The notes under the pieces are model-generated. The model worked only from the letters and a program-made list of their open reading frames with translations. It ran no database searches and was not told the origin of the DNA. A stretch of 64,000 bases of DNA from Williopsis jadinii. Its lineage: Eukaryota. The DNA lies in NCBI GenBank assembly GCA_024346625.1, contig AP024665.1, positions 1,116,001-1,180,000 of the forward strand, read 5' to 3'. The translations under genes and the position numbers were made by a program. Each line of letters begins with the position of its first letter. Position 1 is the first letter of the stretch. Shown here piece by piece: positions 42,327 to 53,340 of the stretch.

Positions 42327-43163
42327 ATGTCAAACTTACTTGATAACCTGAATGCCTTCAAATCGAAGGTCAAGTCTGCACCTGTGCTCACTTCACGTAC
42401 GATAACGTCACCATCACCTTCGAGAAAGTCCACCACTCCACAGCCGTTACAACCTCCCGTTAAACGTCGATTGGACGACGAGGATGAGGACGATGAGAAC
42501 GAGGAATCAAAGAAACAGCACATCGATCCATCTGGCACACATCTATCGACAAAGTTACTCTTAGCAGTGGATTACATAAAGGGAAAGGCTCAGCCGGTGG
42601 CGATTGATGCACTTTTATCCTACTTGAACTTGAACGAGGATTCGCAAAGACAAAAATTGGTTAATCTATTGACAAATTTGGAAAAGATCCAGTACGACAA
42701 AGACGATCAGACATTGGAATATGTGTCGATTCACAACATCAAGACCAAAGATGATTTACTGAAATTTCTCATTGATCAGACAACTTTTAAAGGTATCTCT
42801 GTGAAGGAGTTGAAAGATGGCTGGAACGGTTGTATCGATGCAATTAACGAGTTGGAAGAAGAAGGCAAAATACTGGTGTTACGGACAAAGAAGGATAACA
42901 ATCCAAGATTGGTTTGGTTCAACTTGGGTGGTGAACTGGGTTCGATAGATGAAGAATTTGTCAAGAGTTGGCAGAACGTGAAGCTTCCAGAGAGGTCAGA
43001 ATTACCTGGAAAGTTGAGTGCATTGGGATTGAAACCTGCAAGTGTTGATCCAAATACGATTAAGAAGGATACCACTCAACAAGAGACGAAAAAGAGAAAA
43101 CAAAGAAAGGGAAAGATTACCAATACTCATATGGCCGGTATCCTAAAGGACTACAGCGTTTGA
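42327..43163 (+). CDS. TFA2: TFIIE beta subunit
   Basis: NLNAFKSKVKSAP, HLSTKLLLAVDYIK, FKGISVKELKDGW and KITNTHM motifs. Confidence 0.95.
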   Translation: MSNLLDNLNAFKSKVKSAPVLTSRTITSPSPSRKSTTPQPLQPPVKRRLDDEDEDDENEESKKQHIDPSGTHLSTKLLLAVDYIKGKAQPVAIDALLSYLNLNEDSQRQKLVNLLTNLEKIQYDKDDQTLEYVSIHNIKTKDDLLKFLIDQTTFKGISVKELKDGWNGCIDAINELEEEGKILVLRTKKDNNPRLVWFNLGGELGSIDEEFVKSWQNVKLPERSELPGKLSALGLKPASVDPNTIKKDTTQQETKKRKQRKGKITNTHMAGILKDYSV

Positions 43164-43232
43164 TGATAAGTAGAATCAATTTATTATCAAAAGACTCACA
43201 AAAACAAAATGTAACTGTAGAGATTATACATT

Positions 43233-43835
43233 TTACTTCTTCTCTTTCTTTTCCTTCTTTTCTTTCTTTTCCTTCTTTTCCTTCTTCTCCTTCTTGTCCT
43301 TCTTTTCCTTCTTTTCCTTCTTCTCTTTCTTCACTGGTGTGGCATCCATGTCTACATCTTCATCCACTTCAACGTCACTTGTTTCATCCCCCGTGGCACG
43401 TCCGTAACCCGTAGCAAAGTGCTGTTTCTGAAGACCATTGACCTTTCTCACGTCCTTTCTTGGTTTCACAACTTTATCGTAGTTGATGCTTGGAATCTTC
43501 ACTTTTTCTCTAACGTTATAGAATCTCTTTATGTCTCTCATCCCATCACCAATGACTTTGAACTTGGCACCTTCCGATACCAAATCCGTAAGATCTTCTT
43601 GGATGACAAATGTCTTACCGTTCTGTTCCAGTGGATTACTCTCCTCCATTGGATTGAAACTTAGAGGCATCTTTGACAGTTTATCAAAGTTGAAGCCCTT
43701 TGGGGCCTTGATGAGCCAAATCTCCTTATTGGTCGGGAGCTTTGTAGGGACAACTTTTTGGTAGTTCTTTGGAACAGTGAAGACTTGCTCCTCGTCAGAT
43801 TCTGAGTCCGTAACGTAATCTTTAGAAAGTGACAT
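43233..43835 (-). CDS. RPA34: RNA polymerase I subunit A34.5
   Basis: MSLSKDYVTDSES, EIWLIKAP, KIPSINYDKV and HFATGYG motifs, plus a long KKE/KKD tail. Confidence 0.9.
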   Translation of the reverse strand: MSLSKDYVTDSESDEEQVFTVPKNYQKVVPTKLPTNKEIWLIKAPKGFNFDKLSKMPLSFNPMEESNPLEQNGKTFVIQEDLTDLVSEGAKFKVIGDGMRDIKRFYNVREKVKIPSINYDKVVKPRKDVRKVNGLQKQHFATGYGRATGDETSDVEVDEDVDMDATPVKKEKKEKKEKKDKKEKKEKKEKKEKKEKKEKK

Positions 43836-44021
43836 CTTATGTCTTGAAATTCCCTCTCTATTTCCCAATGATTCAACTCAATAAAGTGTCCATTTTGAAC
43901 TTGCCATATAAATTTTTCTTTCCGAGGCTCTAAGGGCATCGCATGAAAGAAAAAACTTTTGCCCGTAAAAAACATGGCAGACTAAGATGGAAGATTTTTC
44001 GGCCTAGAGCCAGGAGACTAA

Positions 44022-44049
44022 GGGACTAGAGACTAGGGACTAGAGACTA
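44022..44049. repeat. 14-bp tandem repeat GGGACTAGAGACTA x2
   Basis: Two exact copies, with degenerate GACTA units flanking them. Confidence 0.8.
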
Positions 44050-44129
44050 TCTATTGATGACTACAGTGTAAAAGGTGGTCTAAGTTAAATCAGCTTTCTT
44101 TCGCTATGCTATACAAGAACAATGGAAGT

Positions 44130-45156
44130 TTACAAGAGAGTTTCCCCAAGTGAACATTTGGCCACTGCTATACCAGCTGTAACTGTATCAATAATGTGCA
44201 TTTCATTAACACCTAAGCTTGGGTTAACTTCAACAACGTCCAATGCAACCAAGTTACCGGTCTCTGCAACGCGTTCACAGATGAACAGTCCTTCTCTAAA
44301 GGTTAACCCACCACGCACAGGTGTACCCGTTGCTGGAACGTATTGTGGATCAATGGCATCCACGTCGTATGACAGATGAATGGGTAAAGTACCAGTTGGA
44401 TCCAATGCCTCCAATGCCATTTCGACAACTTTGTTGATTCCATAACGATCAACGTGGTACATGGAGAAGGCTGCAATTCCATGCTCTTTCAAGATCTTCT
44501 TCTCGCCTTCATCGACATCTCGAAGACCAATATAGGCGATCTTCTTGGTACTCAGCACCTGTGGGACCCATTGTAAATCTGGTGGATATGATTCCTTTGC
44601 CAATCCCATCAAAAAAGACACTGGGCATCCATGGAGGTTTCCTGAATCAGTGGTGAGAGGAGTGTTGATATCAGCGTGTGCATCGATCCAGAGCAAACCG
44701 GCATCTGGATACTTTGCAAAGGAGCCGGCAACGGTTCCGATGGCAATGGAGTGATCACCACCTAGTGTCACGGTCAATTTGCCCTCCTCTGCGCTTTTCT
44801 TACACGATTTGTAGATCAATTTGGTAGCCTCACCGACAATTTGAGGACGTTTACAATTGCCGTGCACATCCGTCTCGTTGTTCTTGCGCTCTTCGAAATC
44901 CTGGCCCTTCAAAGGCTCATCTATGGTGATTTCCCATCCCAGCTTTTCAATCTCAGACTGAATACCGGCACGTAGAAGATACTTAGGGCCATCCTCCACA
45001 CCGCCTTTCCCCTGGCCTCCAGAGAACGGAGCAAGGATGAAGGAGAGCTCCTTCTTTGGGAAGTGCTTATAAGTAGCTATAGCGCTGTGTGTTAGTTTCC
45101 TCCTTGGTCAGTGTTAACTATGAGGCGAAGGCCATAGACTCACGTTCGTCGAACAT
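44130..45156 (-). CDS. CAR1: Arginase; 2 exons (intron 45077..45143)
   Basis: Exon 1 ATGTTCGACGAAC joined across GTGAGT...AACTAAC...TAG gives [45 protein letters not shown] and SYDVDAIDP motifs follow. Confidence 0.95.
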
Positions 45157-45727
45157 GTTCTCTTATGAATATATTTGTCTCGAGTATTCTCTTGTTAAAA
45201 ATGGAGGACCGTCTAGGACGCTCCAAGCAGAAGGGTTCCGTGGCGTTTCGCCACCTATTTATATTTTCGGTGCCAACACCTGGGATGAAACGTTGATGAT
45301 TAAACTCGCTTCTCTTATCACTTAACTGAAGCCCAAACAGACAGACCGAGCACACACACAGATTGGTCGAACGGCGCATATCGGTTGATAACTGGAAGTA
45401 TCGGCCACTCCACAGACCACCAATACCGTCATAAACATGGCTCTCTACAACTGACAAAGACTCTCACGTAACAACGTGCCACCACTGCGTTCTCATCTCA
45501 ATTCACCTCACCTCATCCTCGAGAATTGGCCAGCTGCGATGAGCATCTCCAACGATTCCACTGAGGGGCACAGCTCCGAAGCAGAGCAACAGGCATCCGA
45601 ATCGGGTAATTGCCGAATGCACGGTCGATTGCGGCGCGTACCACCTCCCCTAAGTGAATGTGGTAGCGAACGTAGGGTAACTGCCGGTACGCCGCGCACG
45701 GGCTGGAAGGGAACGTGCTGAGCGCGC

Positions 45728-45788
45728 GTGTGGGTGTGTGAGTGTGTGGATGTATGGGTGTATGGTGTGTGGATGTGTGGGTGTGGGT
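45728..45788. promoter_or_regulatory. TG1-3-like tract containing Rap1 sites in the CAR1/YHM2 divergent promoter
   Basis: The minus strand carries ACACCCATACAT (45750-45761) and ACACCCACACAT (45773-45784). Confidence 0.6.
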
Positions 45789-46618
45789 TTCACCACCAGT
45801 CATATGCTGACTCGTGTGCCTCGTGGTGGGATGCGATAACGCGTGGGGTGTAGATCTGGGTCTGTGCTTTATCAATTGACAGATATCTGCTACACACCCA
45901 AGCGACGTGCACTGTTTACCAATATGTTACGGCTCATCGCTCGCTGGCTCACTTGACCGGCACTGCAAACACCGTAGCGACACACCCTATCTGAGTGGGC
46001 CTATGGAGGACGCGTGGGCTACGGGGACGGAAAACATCGAACATCACAACACCACTCCAACGGGGAAACAGAGGGAGGGGGTCAAGCCATTGTAGATCTG
46101 CAATTACAGTGGATGCGATCCAACGGCCCCGATGTCAAACGATACATTACGCTGGAGCACTGCATCTGCCTACTCATTAAGAAAGTGGCACTGTATTGAT
46201 TGTAAGACTTCGTTAGGGGAAAAAGCTGTGTATAGCCCAATCAGATCGCCTCCGTGCCCGGTGCAATCACCGGGACCGGTCTTATGAGAGGGGGAAAGGA
46301 ACAGGCACACAGCGTTGTAGCATACAAACAGGGTATCAGTCAATGTCTCTGTTCAGCGATTTTTTTCAACCGTGTTCGTCCTCATTTTGGTATAAATATT
46401 TTTTTCTTCCTTGTAAACTGGAGAATCCATTGTTCCAATAACTCTCTTGTACTGAGACTCTTCAATTGTGAACCAGTTGTGCCATCTCACTGCGCAATTG
46501 ACTTGACTGAACACCGGTGTGTACTTTCTCTTTCTGCCCCACCCACCCCCTAGTGCTCTCTCTCCCATAATACATTGTATATCGTATACGCAATCTGCGA
46601 AAAGGCATCAATCATCAA

Positions 46619-47542
46619 ATGACACAACAGAAACTTGAGAAGAAGCCAATCAGTTTTTCCAACATCCTTCTGGGTGCTGGTCTCAACCTTGCTGAGGTGA
46701 CCACTCTGGGTCAACCTTTGGAGGTCATCAAGACCACAATGGCTGCCAACAGAAGCCTCTCCTTGTTGCAATCTGCCAAACTCGTGTGGTCTCGTGGTGG
46801 CCTCTTTGGCTTTTACCAAGGTCTCATTCCATGGGCGTGGATCGAGGCTTCAACAAAGGGTGCGGTGTTGCTATTTGTGTCTGCTGAGGCTGAATACCAA
46901 TTCAAGAAGGTGGGCGCAAGTAACTTTGTCTCTGGTATCGGTGGTGGTATCGTTGGTGGTGTTGCCCAGGCCTACTTGACCATGGGGTTCTGCACCTGTA
47001 TGAAGACCGTTGAGATCACCCGTTCCAAGCAAGCCGCCGTGGAAGGTGCGGTTCAACAGACAAGTCTCCAGGTGTTCAAGGATATCTACAAGAAGGAAGG
47101 TATCAAGGGTATCAACAAAGGTGTCAACGCTGTTGCCATCAGACAGATGACCAACTGGGGGTCCCGTTTCGGATTCTCCAGACTGGCTGAGGACCTCATC
47201 AAGAAGGCCACCGGCAAGAAGGAAGACGACAAGCTCGGCGCGCTCGAAAAGATCGCTGCCAGCGCCATTGGTGGTGGTCTCTCTGCATGGAACCAACCTA
47301 TTGAGGTGGTTCGTGTCGAGATGCAGTCAAAGACCAACGATCCAAACAGACCAAAGAACCTCAGCGTTGTCGGTGCGGCCAAGTACATCTACCAGCATAA
47401 CGGACTGAGCGGGCTCTACAGAGGTGTGGCCCCAAGAATCGGCCTGGGTATCTGGCAAACCATCTTCATGGTTGGCTTCGGTGACATGGCAAGACAGGCT
47501 GTTGCTAAGCTCACAGGTGAGACCCCAGTCGCAAAGCATTAA
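46619..47542 (+). CDS. YHM2: Mitochondrial citrate/2-oxoglutarate carrier
   Basis: KKPISFSNILLGAGLNLAEVTTLGQPLEV, GLIPWAWIEASTKG and RQMTNWGSRFG motifs. Confidence 0.95.
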   Translation: MTQQKLEKKPISFSNILLGAGLNLAEVTTLGQPLEVIKTTMAANRSLSLLQSAKLVWSRGGLFGFYQGLIPWAWIEASTKGAVLLFVSAEAEYQFKKVGASNFVSGIGGGIVGGVAQAYLTMGFCTCMKTVEITRSKQAAVEGAVQQTSLQVFKDIYKKEGIKGINKGVNAVAIRQMTNWGSRFGFSRLAEDLIKKATGKKEDDKLGALEKIAASAIGGGLSAWNQPIEVVRVEMQSKTNDPNRPKNLSVVGAAKYIYQHNGLSGLYRGVAPRIGLGIWQTIFMVGFGDMARQAVAKLTGETPVAKH

Positions 47543-47844
47543 TAACTCTTATCTAAAAGGTATGAAGATGTTTACCCAGTGCTCCGGCAGTACAACCGTA
47601 GAAGTGCAACCGTGGAAGTGCAACCGCAGAGAGTCGAACCGCGAGCACTACAACGCCAGCCCTTGGCCACCCGCGAACACCCGAACATCCACCGCAGAAG
47701 CATGGGGGCCCACCGCTTCGCGGTGGGGACCCTACGCTCACTGGCAAGAGATATGGGATACACCACTGCGTAGAGTAATCAATGCCCGCAACACCAGTCC
47801 GTCCGCCAGCTCATTGGCCACCACCATGCTTCCAATTGGCCCCA

Positions 47845-47886
47845 ACAACCCTCCCCCTACAACCCTCCCCCTACAACTCTCCCCCT
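47845..47886. repeat. 14-bp tandem repeat ACAACYCTCCCCCT x3
   Basis: Three copies in the C-rich region upstream of PDA1. Confidence 0.85.
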
Positions 47887-48266
47887 ACAACGACGGACAA
47901 CACCCTGCCCTTTCTGCCCCAGCTGCTCCTCCTCCTCCTCCTCCCCCCTCCCCCCACGGGAAATCCCCACGAAATCGTCTGCTCTCCCGCGTAGCTTCGT
48001 GGGCGCCCACCTAATTTAAGCGGGTTTCCTGTGTAAAAGTTGCGGTTGATCCCACCTGAAAATCCCCTTCGGCCAACGATCAACCTTTTTTGGGCCCGCG
48101 GTGGTGTACGCCTTCTCCCTAATTATCGTGGGCCTGCCGCTGTGTTTTTTTTTTTCATTCTCCTTGTTTCTCCCCTTTTCCCTTTCCTCACTGCTCTGTT
48201 CTCTCGTCCAGACAAACAGACTCTGCCTTCCGGAAGCAATTGGTTAACTGTTCTGCTGATATCGCC

Positions 48267-49499
48267 ATGCTCAAGTGCTCTGTTCGCCGTCCTGTTGTTG
48301 CGTCTGCTCAAAGAGCAATCACCAAGGTGTCCTCCGTGAGAAGCCTTGCCACGGAAGCCGAGGCCAGCGGCATTGATAGCGATGACATCGTCACGATTGA
48401 GCTGCCAGACTCGTCGTTCGAGGGCTACATGCTCGATGTTCCGGAGCTGACGTTCCAGACTTCGAAGTCGCAGCTGTTGCAGATGTACAAGGATATGATC
48501 ATCATCAGAAGAATGGAGATGGCTTCTGACGCGCTATACAAGGCGAAGAAGATCAGAGGGTTCTGTCATTTATCTGTTGGTCAGGAGGCGATTGCCGTTG
48601 GTATCGAGAACGCCATCACCAAGAAGGACACCGTCATCACGTCTTACAGATGTCACGGGTTCACCTACATGCGTGGCTCGCCAGTGAAGGATGTTCTGGG
48701 TGAACTTATGGGCCGTCGTTGCGGTGTCTCCTTTGGTAAGGGTGGTTCCATGCACATGTACACCACCGGTTTCTACGGTGGTAACGGTATTGTTGGTGCC
48801 CAAGTGCCACTAGGTGCCGGTTTGGCGTTTGCTCACAAGTACAGAAACGAGGACAATGCCACCTTCACTTTGTACGGTGATGGTGCTTCCAACCAAGGTC
48901 AAGTGTTTGAGTCCTTCAACATGGCCAAGTTGTGGAACTTGCCATGTATCTTTGCCTGTGAAAACAACAAGTACGGTATGGGTACCTCTGCTGCCAGATC
49001 ATCTGCCATGACCGAGTACTACAAGCGTGGTCAATACATCCCAGGTTTGAAGGTGAACGGTATGGATGTGTTGGCTTCTTACCAGGCATCCAAGTTTGCC
49101 AAGGACTGGGCCATCTCCGGTAACGGTCCTTTGGTGTTGGAATACGAGACGTACAGATACGGTGGTCACTCCATGTCCGACCCAGGTACCACTTACAGAA
49201 CCCGTGAGGAGATTCAACACATGAGATCCAGAAACGACCCAATCGCTGGCTTGAAACACCACTTGTTGGAGTTGGGTATCGCCACCGAGGAGGAGATCAA
49301 GTCCTACGACAAGGCTGCTAGATCCTACGTCGATGAACAAGTGGAGTTGGCTGATGCTTCTCCAGCTCCAGAGGCTAAGATGTCCATCTTGTTCGAGGAC
49401 GTTTACGTCCCAGGCTCCGAGGTGCCAGAGTTGAGAGGACGTATCTCTGACGACACATGGTCCTTCGTCAAGAACGACTTTGCTCATAAGGTCTACTAG
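48267..49499 (+). CDS. PDA1: Pyruvate dehydrogenase E1 alpha
   Basis: IRGFCHLSVGQEA, GKGGSMH, YGDGASNQGQ and TYRYGGHSMSDPG motifs, a mitochondrial presequence, and strong codon bias. Confidence 0.97.
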   Translation: MLKCSVRRPVVASAQRAITKVSSVRSLATEAEASGIDSDDIVTIELPDSSFEGYMLDVPELTFQTSKSQLLQMYKDMIIIRRMEMASDALYKAKKIRGFCHLSVGQEAIAVGIENAITKKDTVITSYRCHGFTYMRGSPVKDVLGELMGRRCGVSFGKGGSMHMYTTGFYGGNGIVGAQVPLGAGLAFAHKYRNEDNATFTLYGDGASNQGQVFESFNMAKLWNLPCIFACENNKYGMGTSAARSSAMTEYYKRGQYIPGLKVNGMDVLASYQASKFAKDWAISGNGPLVLEYETYRYGGHSMSDPGTTYRTREEIQHMRSRNDPIAGLKHHLLELGIATEEEIKSYDKAARSYVDEQVELADASPAPEAKMSILFEDVYVPGSEVPELRGRISDDTWSFVKNDFAHKVY

Positions 49500-49857
49500 G
49501 TCTAAGAACTCACACACAAACGAAAGCTCATCCTCTCGTTGGCTTTTATGCACGGAATATGAAACAGAATAACATGTCTTATTCTTTCTTGAAACAGATT
49601 ATTATAGAATGAGAGTATCAATGTAAGTAAATCATGAACACGGCTACCTTAGTATTCTCCTTTGCTGTAGTGACAGAAAGTGCTTGCTCAACGCTTCAAC
49701 CTCGAGGTGGAGTTTCTCCGTCGGACTTTCCAGCGGCCTTTTCATATGCGGGCGGTGTTATAAAAAACTCTGCGATGAGCTCTTTCTCCCAAAGAATATA
49801 TAAATGCTTCTTCCCTGGTGAGGTTGATTGAAGGCTTTTTCTGCTGAGCATTCGATA

Positions 49858-50706
49858 ATGACTTTCAGACAGCAAACAATGGTTTGCATTGGCATCATTC
49901 GCTCATTACTCTGTGTCATTTGGAGGCATCCAACGGAGTTGTTCATCCGCTTGTTCTTCGGTGCAAGTTTGGAGGAAAGGTTATACAGGTATTACATTTC
50001 ATACCACGTCCTAGTAGTCCAAATGTTCGTTAGGAACTTTGGCTGCTTTGAATTGTTCCTCCTGTGGTGCGTATGGCTGATATCTTGCGCTTTATTCTTT
50101 GTATATTGTATGCAAAGGCTTGTTGCTCTACAGAGGATGAACGCTATCTTTGAAGAGCTCTTGGGAGAACCGTCGCAGACAATGGCATGCCCATTCATCT
50201 CCAAAACTTCATACTTGAGAGCCCTTTCACAGTGCTTCAAAGTGGCAAAGTGCCACAGGCATCCAGACTGCTCCATCTATGAATATTGGTATGTGTTTAA
50301 CAACGAAGGACGCTCTGAGTTGCGAAAGCTCTTCTCCTCGCACGAGCCGTCGTTGGAGCGAGATAGATATCTCTATCTCACTCCAAGGCTCTTTGGACAT
50401 GAAGCCATTGCTGAGACAATAACATGGACTTTCTGGTCAACAATGGTTACGGCTGATGGCGATATCGAGCAAGCGTGTGAGTACAACGCCATAGGCTTGG
50501 ATGAGCAGTATGGGAAGCAACAAGGCTCTGTCAAAGCAGACTCAATTGACAAGGAAGCAGTACAGAAACATCTACTATTGACGTTTATCAAGAAAGCACT
50601 TTCCAACCATGGTGCTTTTGAGGAGCTTTCCCACTCTTTACAGTCCAAGAAATGTTCAATAACCGACAAAGAAGGGCTTACGTCAATGTGGAAAGGACTA
50701 ATATGA
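49858..50706 (+). CDS. Hypothetical membrane protein, orphan
   Basis: About 280-aa ORF with a hydrophobic, Cys-rich N-terminal third, and TATATAAA about 60 nt upstream. No family recognised. Confidence 0.5.
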   Translation: MTFRQQTMVCIGIIRSLLCVIWRHPTELFIRLFFGASLEERLYRYYISYHVLVVQMFVRNFGCFELFLLWCVWLISCALFFVYCMQRLVALQRMNAIFEELLGEPSQTMACPFISKTSYLRALSQCFKVAKCHRHPDCSIYEYWYVFNNEGRSELRKLFSSHEPSLERDRYLYLTPRLFGHEAIAETITWTFWSTMVTADGDIEQACEYNAIGLDEQYGKQQGSVKADSIDKEAVQKHLLLTFIKKALSNHGAFEELSHSLQSKKCSITDKEGLTSMWKGLI

Positions 50707-50748
50707 ATGTAATCTCAATTTATATACAAGGTTGTGTTTGCTACGTCC

Positions 50749-51684
50749 TCAAGCTCTTTCCTCGTAGCACAGCATAGCAGCACTGTTGATGTTTCTTCTC
50801 AGGTCCTGATAATCAACGTCGTGGGTGTCTTCGACTTCACCCCAACGCTCTGTCTGGTAGACAATCTCCAAAGAAGCCAAGTGTGCAATCTCCTCCAAAG
50901 AGATGTTCAGCTGAGGATGGCTCAGGCCATGTGAGGACTTTGAACACACAACAAGGACACCACAGATGAATGACTTTGTTGTCAGTGTCACCTTTTCAAA
51001 GGCAACGAGGTCCCAGTATGAAAGAGCATTGAGCCATTCACGGGCCTTGGCTCTAGTTTCATCAGATTGTCTGTTACCACGGAGTCCATCACGGTCAGAG
51101 TCCAAGTATGACAATTGGCCACCGAGCAAGCCTTCAACTGACTTGATGACAGGTCTGTATAGGTCTTCTTGGGCCTTTCTCAAGGTGCCCTCGTACTCCT
51201 TCGCTGGGGAGAAGACCAAGAGGGTATCAGTGTCCAAGTATCTCAGCAGCATCTCAATGATATCAGAACGCTTACCAACCTTGGTGATCGCTTGCTCATC
51301 GTTCTGCTCATTGGCAAACTTCAGATCAATGGCACGCGATGTTAGCGATGTCAATGGCAAAGAATGGGTCTTGATGACTCCACTCAGAGAGCTCCATTCG
51401 TGCAACAACATGTGTGCAAGAACACCACGGGACAGTGGGATGCTCAGATTGTTCCCCAGAGGAGTTCTCAGCGATTTGTTATCCAGCTGGAGCTCATACG
51501 ACGAATCGTTCTTGACGAGATCAACCTTGGTCCAGAACTTCTTCAATGTCTCGTTGGAGCCCTCTGAGCCCGTCGCTGATGGCTGTGGCTGTGGATGTCC
51601 CGAGGCCTGAGACACCTCTGTAGCAAGTGTTCTCATACTCCATCTGGTAGCAACTCCCACGGGGAATCTAGTCAGTTTCAACAT
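50749..51684 (-). CDS. ATP12: F1-ATPase assembly chaperone
   Basis: KKFWTKV, LRTPLG, LPLTSLTSRAID, YLDTDTLL and WGEVEDTHDVD motifs. Confidence 0.95.
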   Translation of the reverse strand: MLKLTRFPVGVATRWSMRTLATEVSQASGHPQPQPSATGSEGSNETLKKFWTKVDLVKNDSSYELQLDNKSLRTPLGNNLSIPLSRGVLAHMLLHEWSSLSGVIKTHSLPLTSLTSRAIDLKFANEQNDEQAITKVGKRSDIIEMLLRYLDTDTLLVFSPAKEYEGTLRKAQEDLYRPVIKSVEGLLGGQLSYLDSDRDGLRGNRQSDETRAKAREWLNALSYWDLVAFEKVTLTTKSFICGVLVVCSKSSHGLSHPQLNISLEEIAHLASLEIVYQTERWGEVEDTHDVDYQDLRRNINSAAMLCYEERA

Positions 51685-51866
51685 CTTTTCAGAGCAATGG
51701 TGCGAGAGTCAGTCGAGTTGTTAAAAGGTGTCTTCCGGAGAAAGATTCGTTGTGATTTTTGCTCTGGGAATTTTTCACCTCCGCTTCCAACATCATGGGC
51801 TTAATACTTCACATTACACAGCAGGAAGACCAGCAACAGTAGGAAGACCATCAACAAAGGCGAACA

Positions 51867-52287
51867 ATGTCGATGAGCGAAGGCCAACTACAAAACGTGA
51901 GTTATTCTTAGAGGCTCCACCTTGTTTCGGCTCTGTACTAACGGTGCTTAGTTATTACAAGAGCTCTCCGCTTCTCATCAGCAATACACTGCACAGCTTC
52001 AAGCCACCCTTGGATCACTACGCACTGTTGCAAGGGATGAGGCCTTACTAAAGGCGACGCAGAAGGAACTAGGAGCGTGCACAAAGGCCGGCGATTCTGT
52101 ATGGAGTGGTGTAGGCAAGATGTTCTTGAAGACGCCAATTGATGAGTACACGAGTGAGCTCGGCAACAAGTCCAAGGAACTCAGTGATAGACAGTCTGCG
52201 CTTGAAAAGAAGAAGGACTACTTGGAAATTAGTGTATCCAAGACACAGGATAGTCTAAAGCAGATCCTCGGTGGTGCAAAGAAGTGA
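51867..52287 (+). CDS. PFD1: Prefoldin subunit 1; 2 exons (intron 51897..51951); absent from the ORF track
   Basis: MSMSEGQLQN joined across GTGAGT...TACTAAC...TAG to LLQELS...VWSGVGKMFLKT...LEKKKDYLE...GGAKK*. It lies between ATP12 and ATG27. Confidence 0.88.
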
Positions 52288-52400
52288 ATATTATATATAT
52301 ATAATACGTTGATACTAGTAGTAGCCCAATGTTTTATGTTCTTGCCAGTGTCTGCTTTCTTCCACTGTTGTAAGCAGCTCCGTTATCAATATCACCAAGT

Positions 52401-53189
52401 TCACACAGCACTATAACCACCTCTATCGCCTCTGCCCACGGCACGGCCAAAGATCTCGCCGACAAAGCTTGGAACACCTTGTGCTAAGCTCTTGAGCGTA
52501 TCTACAAAGTCGTGCACTGCGTCTGAGAAGTCCGCAGGTGACCTTGTGAAGGTTAGCCAGGCCCCCATTATGATGTAGACACCAAATGCCAGCACCAGGA
52601 TGATGAAGAGCCATGTAAACCAGCCCCATGAGTCATCAGCAGGTTCTTTGTTCTTCTCGCCATCTTTTGGCTTCTCTGGTGGCGGTGTTTTCGAGTCCTT
52701 TAAGCATGCAAACGGGGTGTTCCAAGAGAGAGATAGTGCCTTGGTATCCCATTCCACTGATAAGTCGTCATCCTTTGCGCAGTTGAACTTCAGCGTGGAA
52801 TCCACGGTATTGGACCCCCAGTTGGTCTCGCCCATCTTCACAACGAACCCAGATTCTGTATTGTTCTCGATTGTATAGCTCAATCCCTGGCCCCAGCTAA
52901 TGACCTGCGACACGATGGGATCCTCGCCAGCCAATAGCACAGTCTGTACACCGCATATTTGCGAGTTCTTTGGACAATCCGCTGGAAGCTCGCCTTCTGC
53001 TTGACAGAGGTTGAAATACCAGGTGGTGTTGGTCTTTGACGGAGGCGTATCGTCCAATTTGCTTGTAGAGACCAATGGAATATCAGATAAACGATACTTT
53101 GATAGAACATCATCTTTTGAACACTCAAGTGCACTGGTTGTTGAAACTGCTGCTGCAATGACCAGCAGTGCCATTGAATTCAGCATCAT
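52401..53189 (-). CDS. ATG27: Autophagy protein Atg27 (MRH domain, type I membrane protein)
   Basis: Signal peptide, TPPSKTNTTWYFNLC, a WGWFTW TM segment, and a C-terminal RGGYSAV sorting motif. Confidence 0.92.
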   Translation of the reverse strand: MMLNSMALLVIAAAVSTTSALECSKDDVLSKYRLSDIPLVSTSKLDDTPPSKTNTTWYFNLCQAEGELPADCPKNSQICGVQTVLLAGEDPIVSQVISWGQGLSYTIENNTESGFVVKMGETNWGSNTVDSTLKFNCAKDDDLSVEWDTKALSLSWNTPFACLKDSKTPPPEKPKDGEKNKEPADDSWGWFTWLFIILVLAFGVYIIMGAWLTFTRSPADFSDAVHDFVDTLKSLAQGVPSFVGEIFGRAVGRGDRGGYSAV

Positions 53190-53340
53190 CGTGTCTACTT
53201 TGATTCCCTGTCTATGTTGATACAATTGATCTTCAACAGCTGTGTGGATTGTACTGAGATGTGGGTTTATCGTTGGTTTCCGTTCTCTGTTGCTAACGAC
53301 AATTAAATGGCCCCCTTGGGCTTCTTGCAGTTGACAATCG

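Noticed and set aside
47424..48014. 196-aa Pro-rich ORF
   Set aside because: It has a non-ATG start, overlaps the YHM2 3' end, and simply translates the C-rich repeats.
48999..49553. Long antisense ORFs over PDA1 (and similarly over YHM2, ATP12 and MNN11)
   Set aside because: Expected by-product of codon bias on the coding strand.
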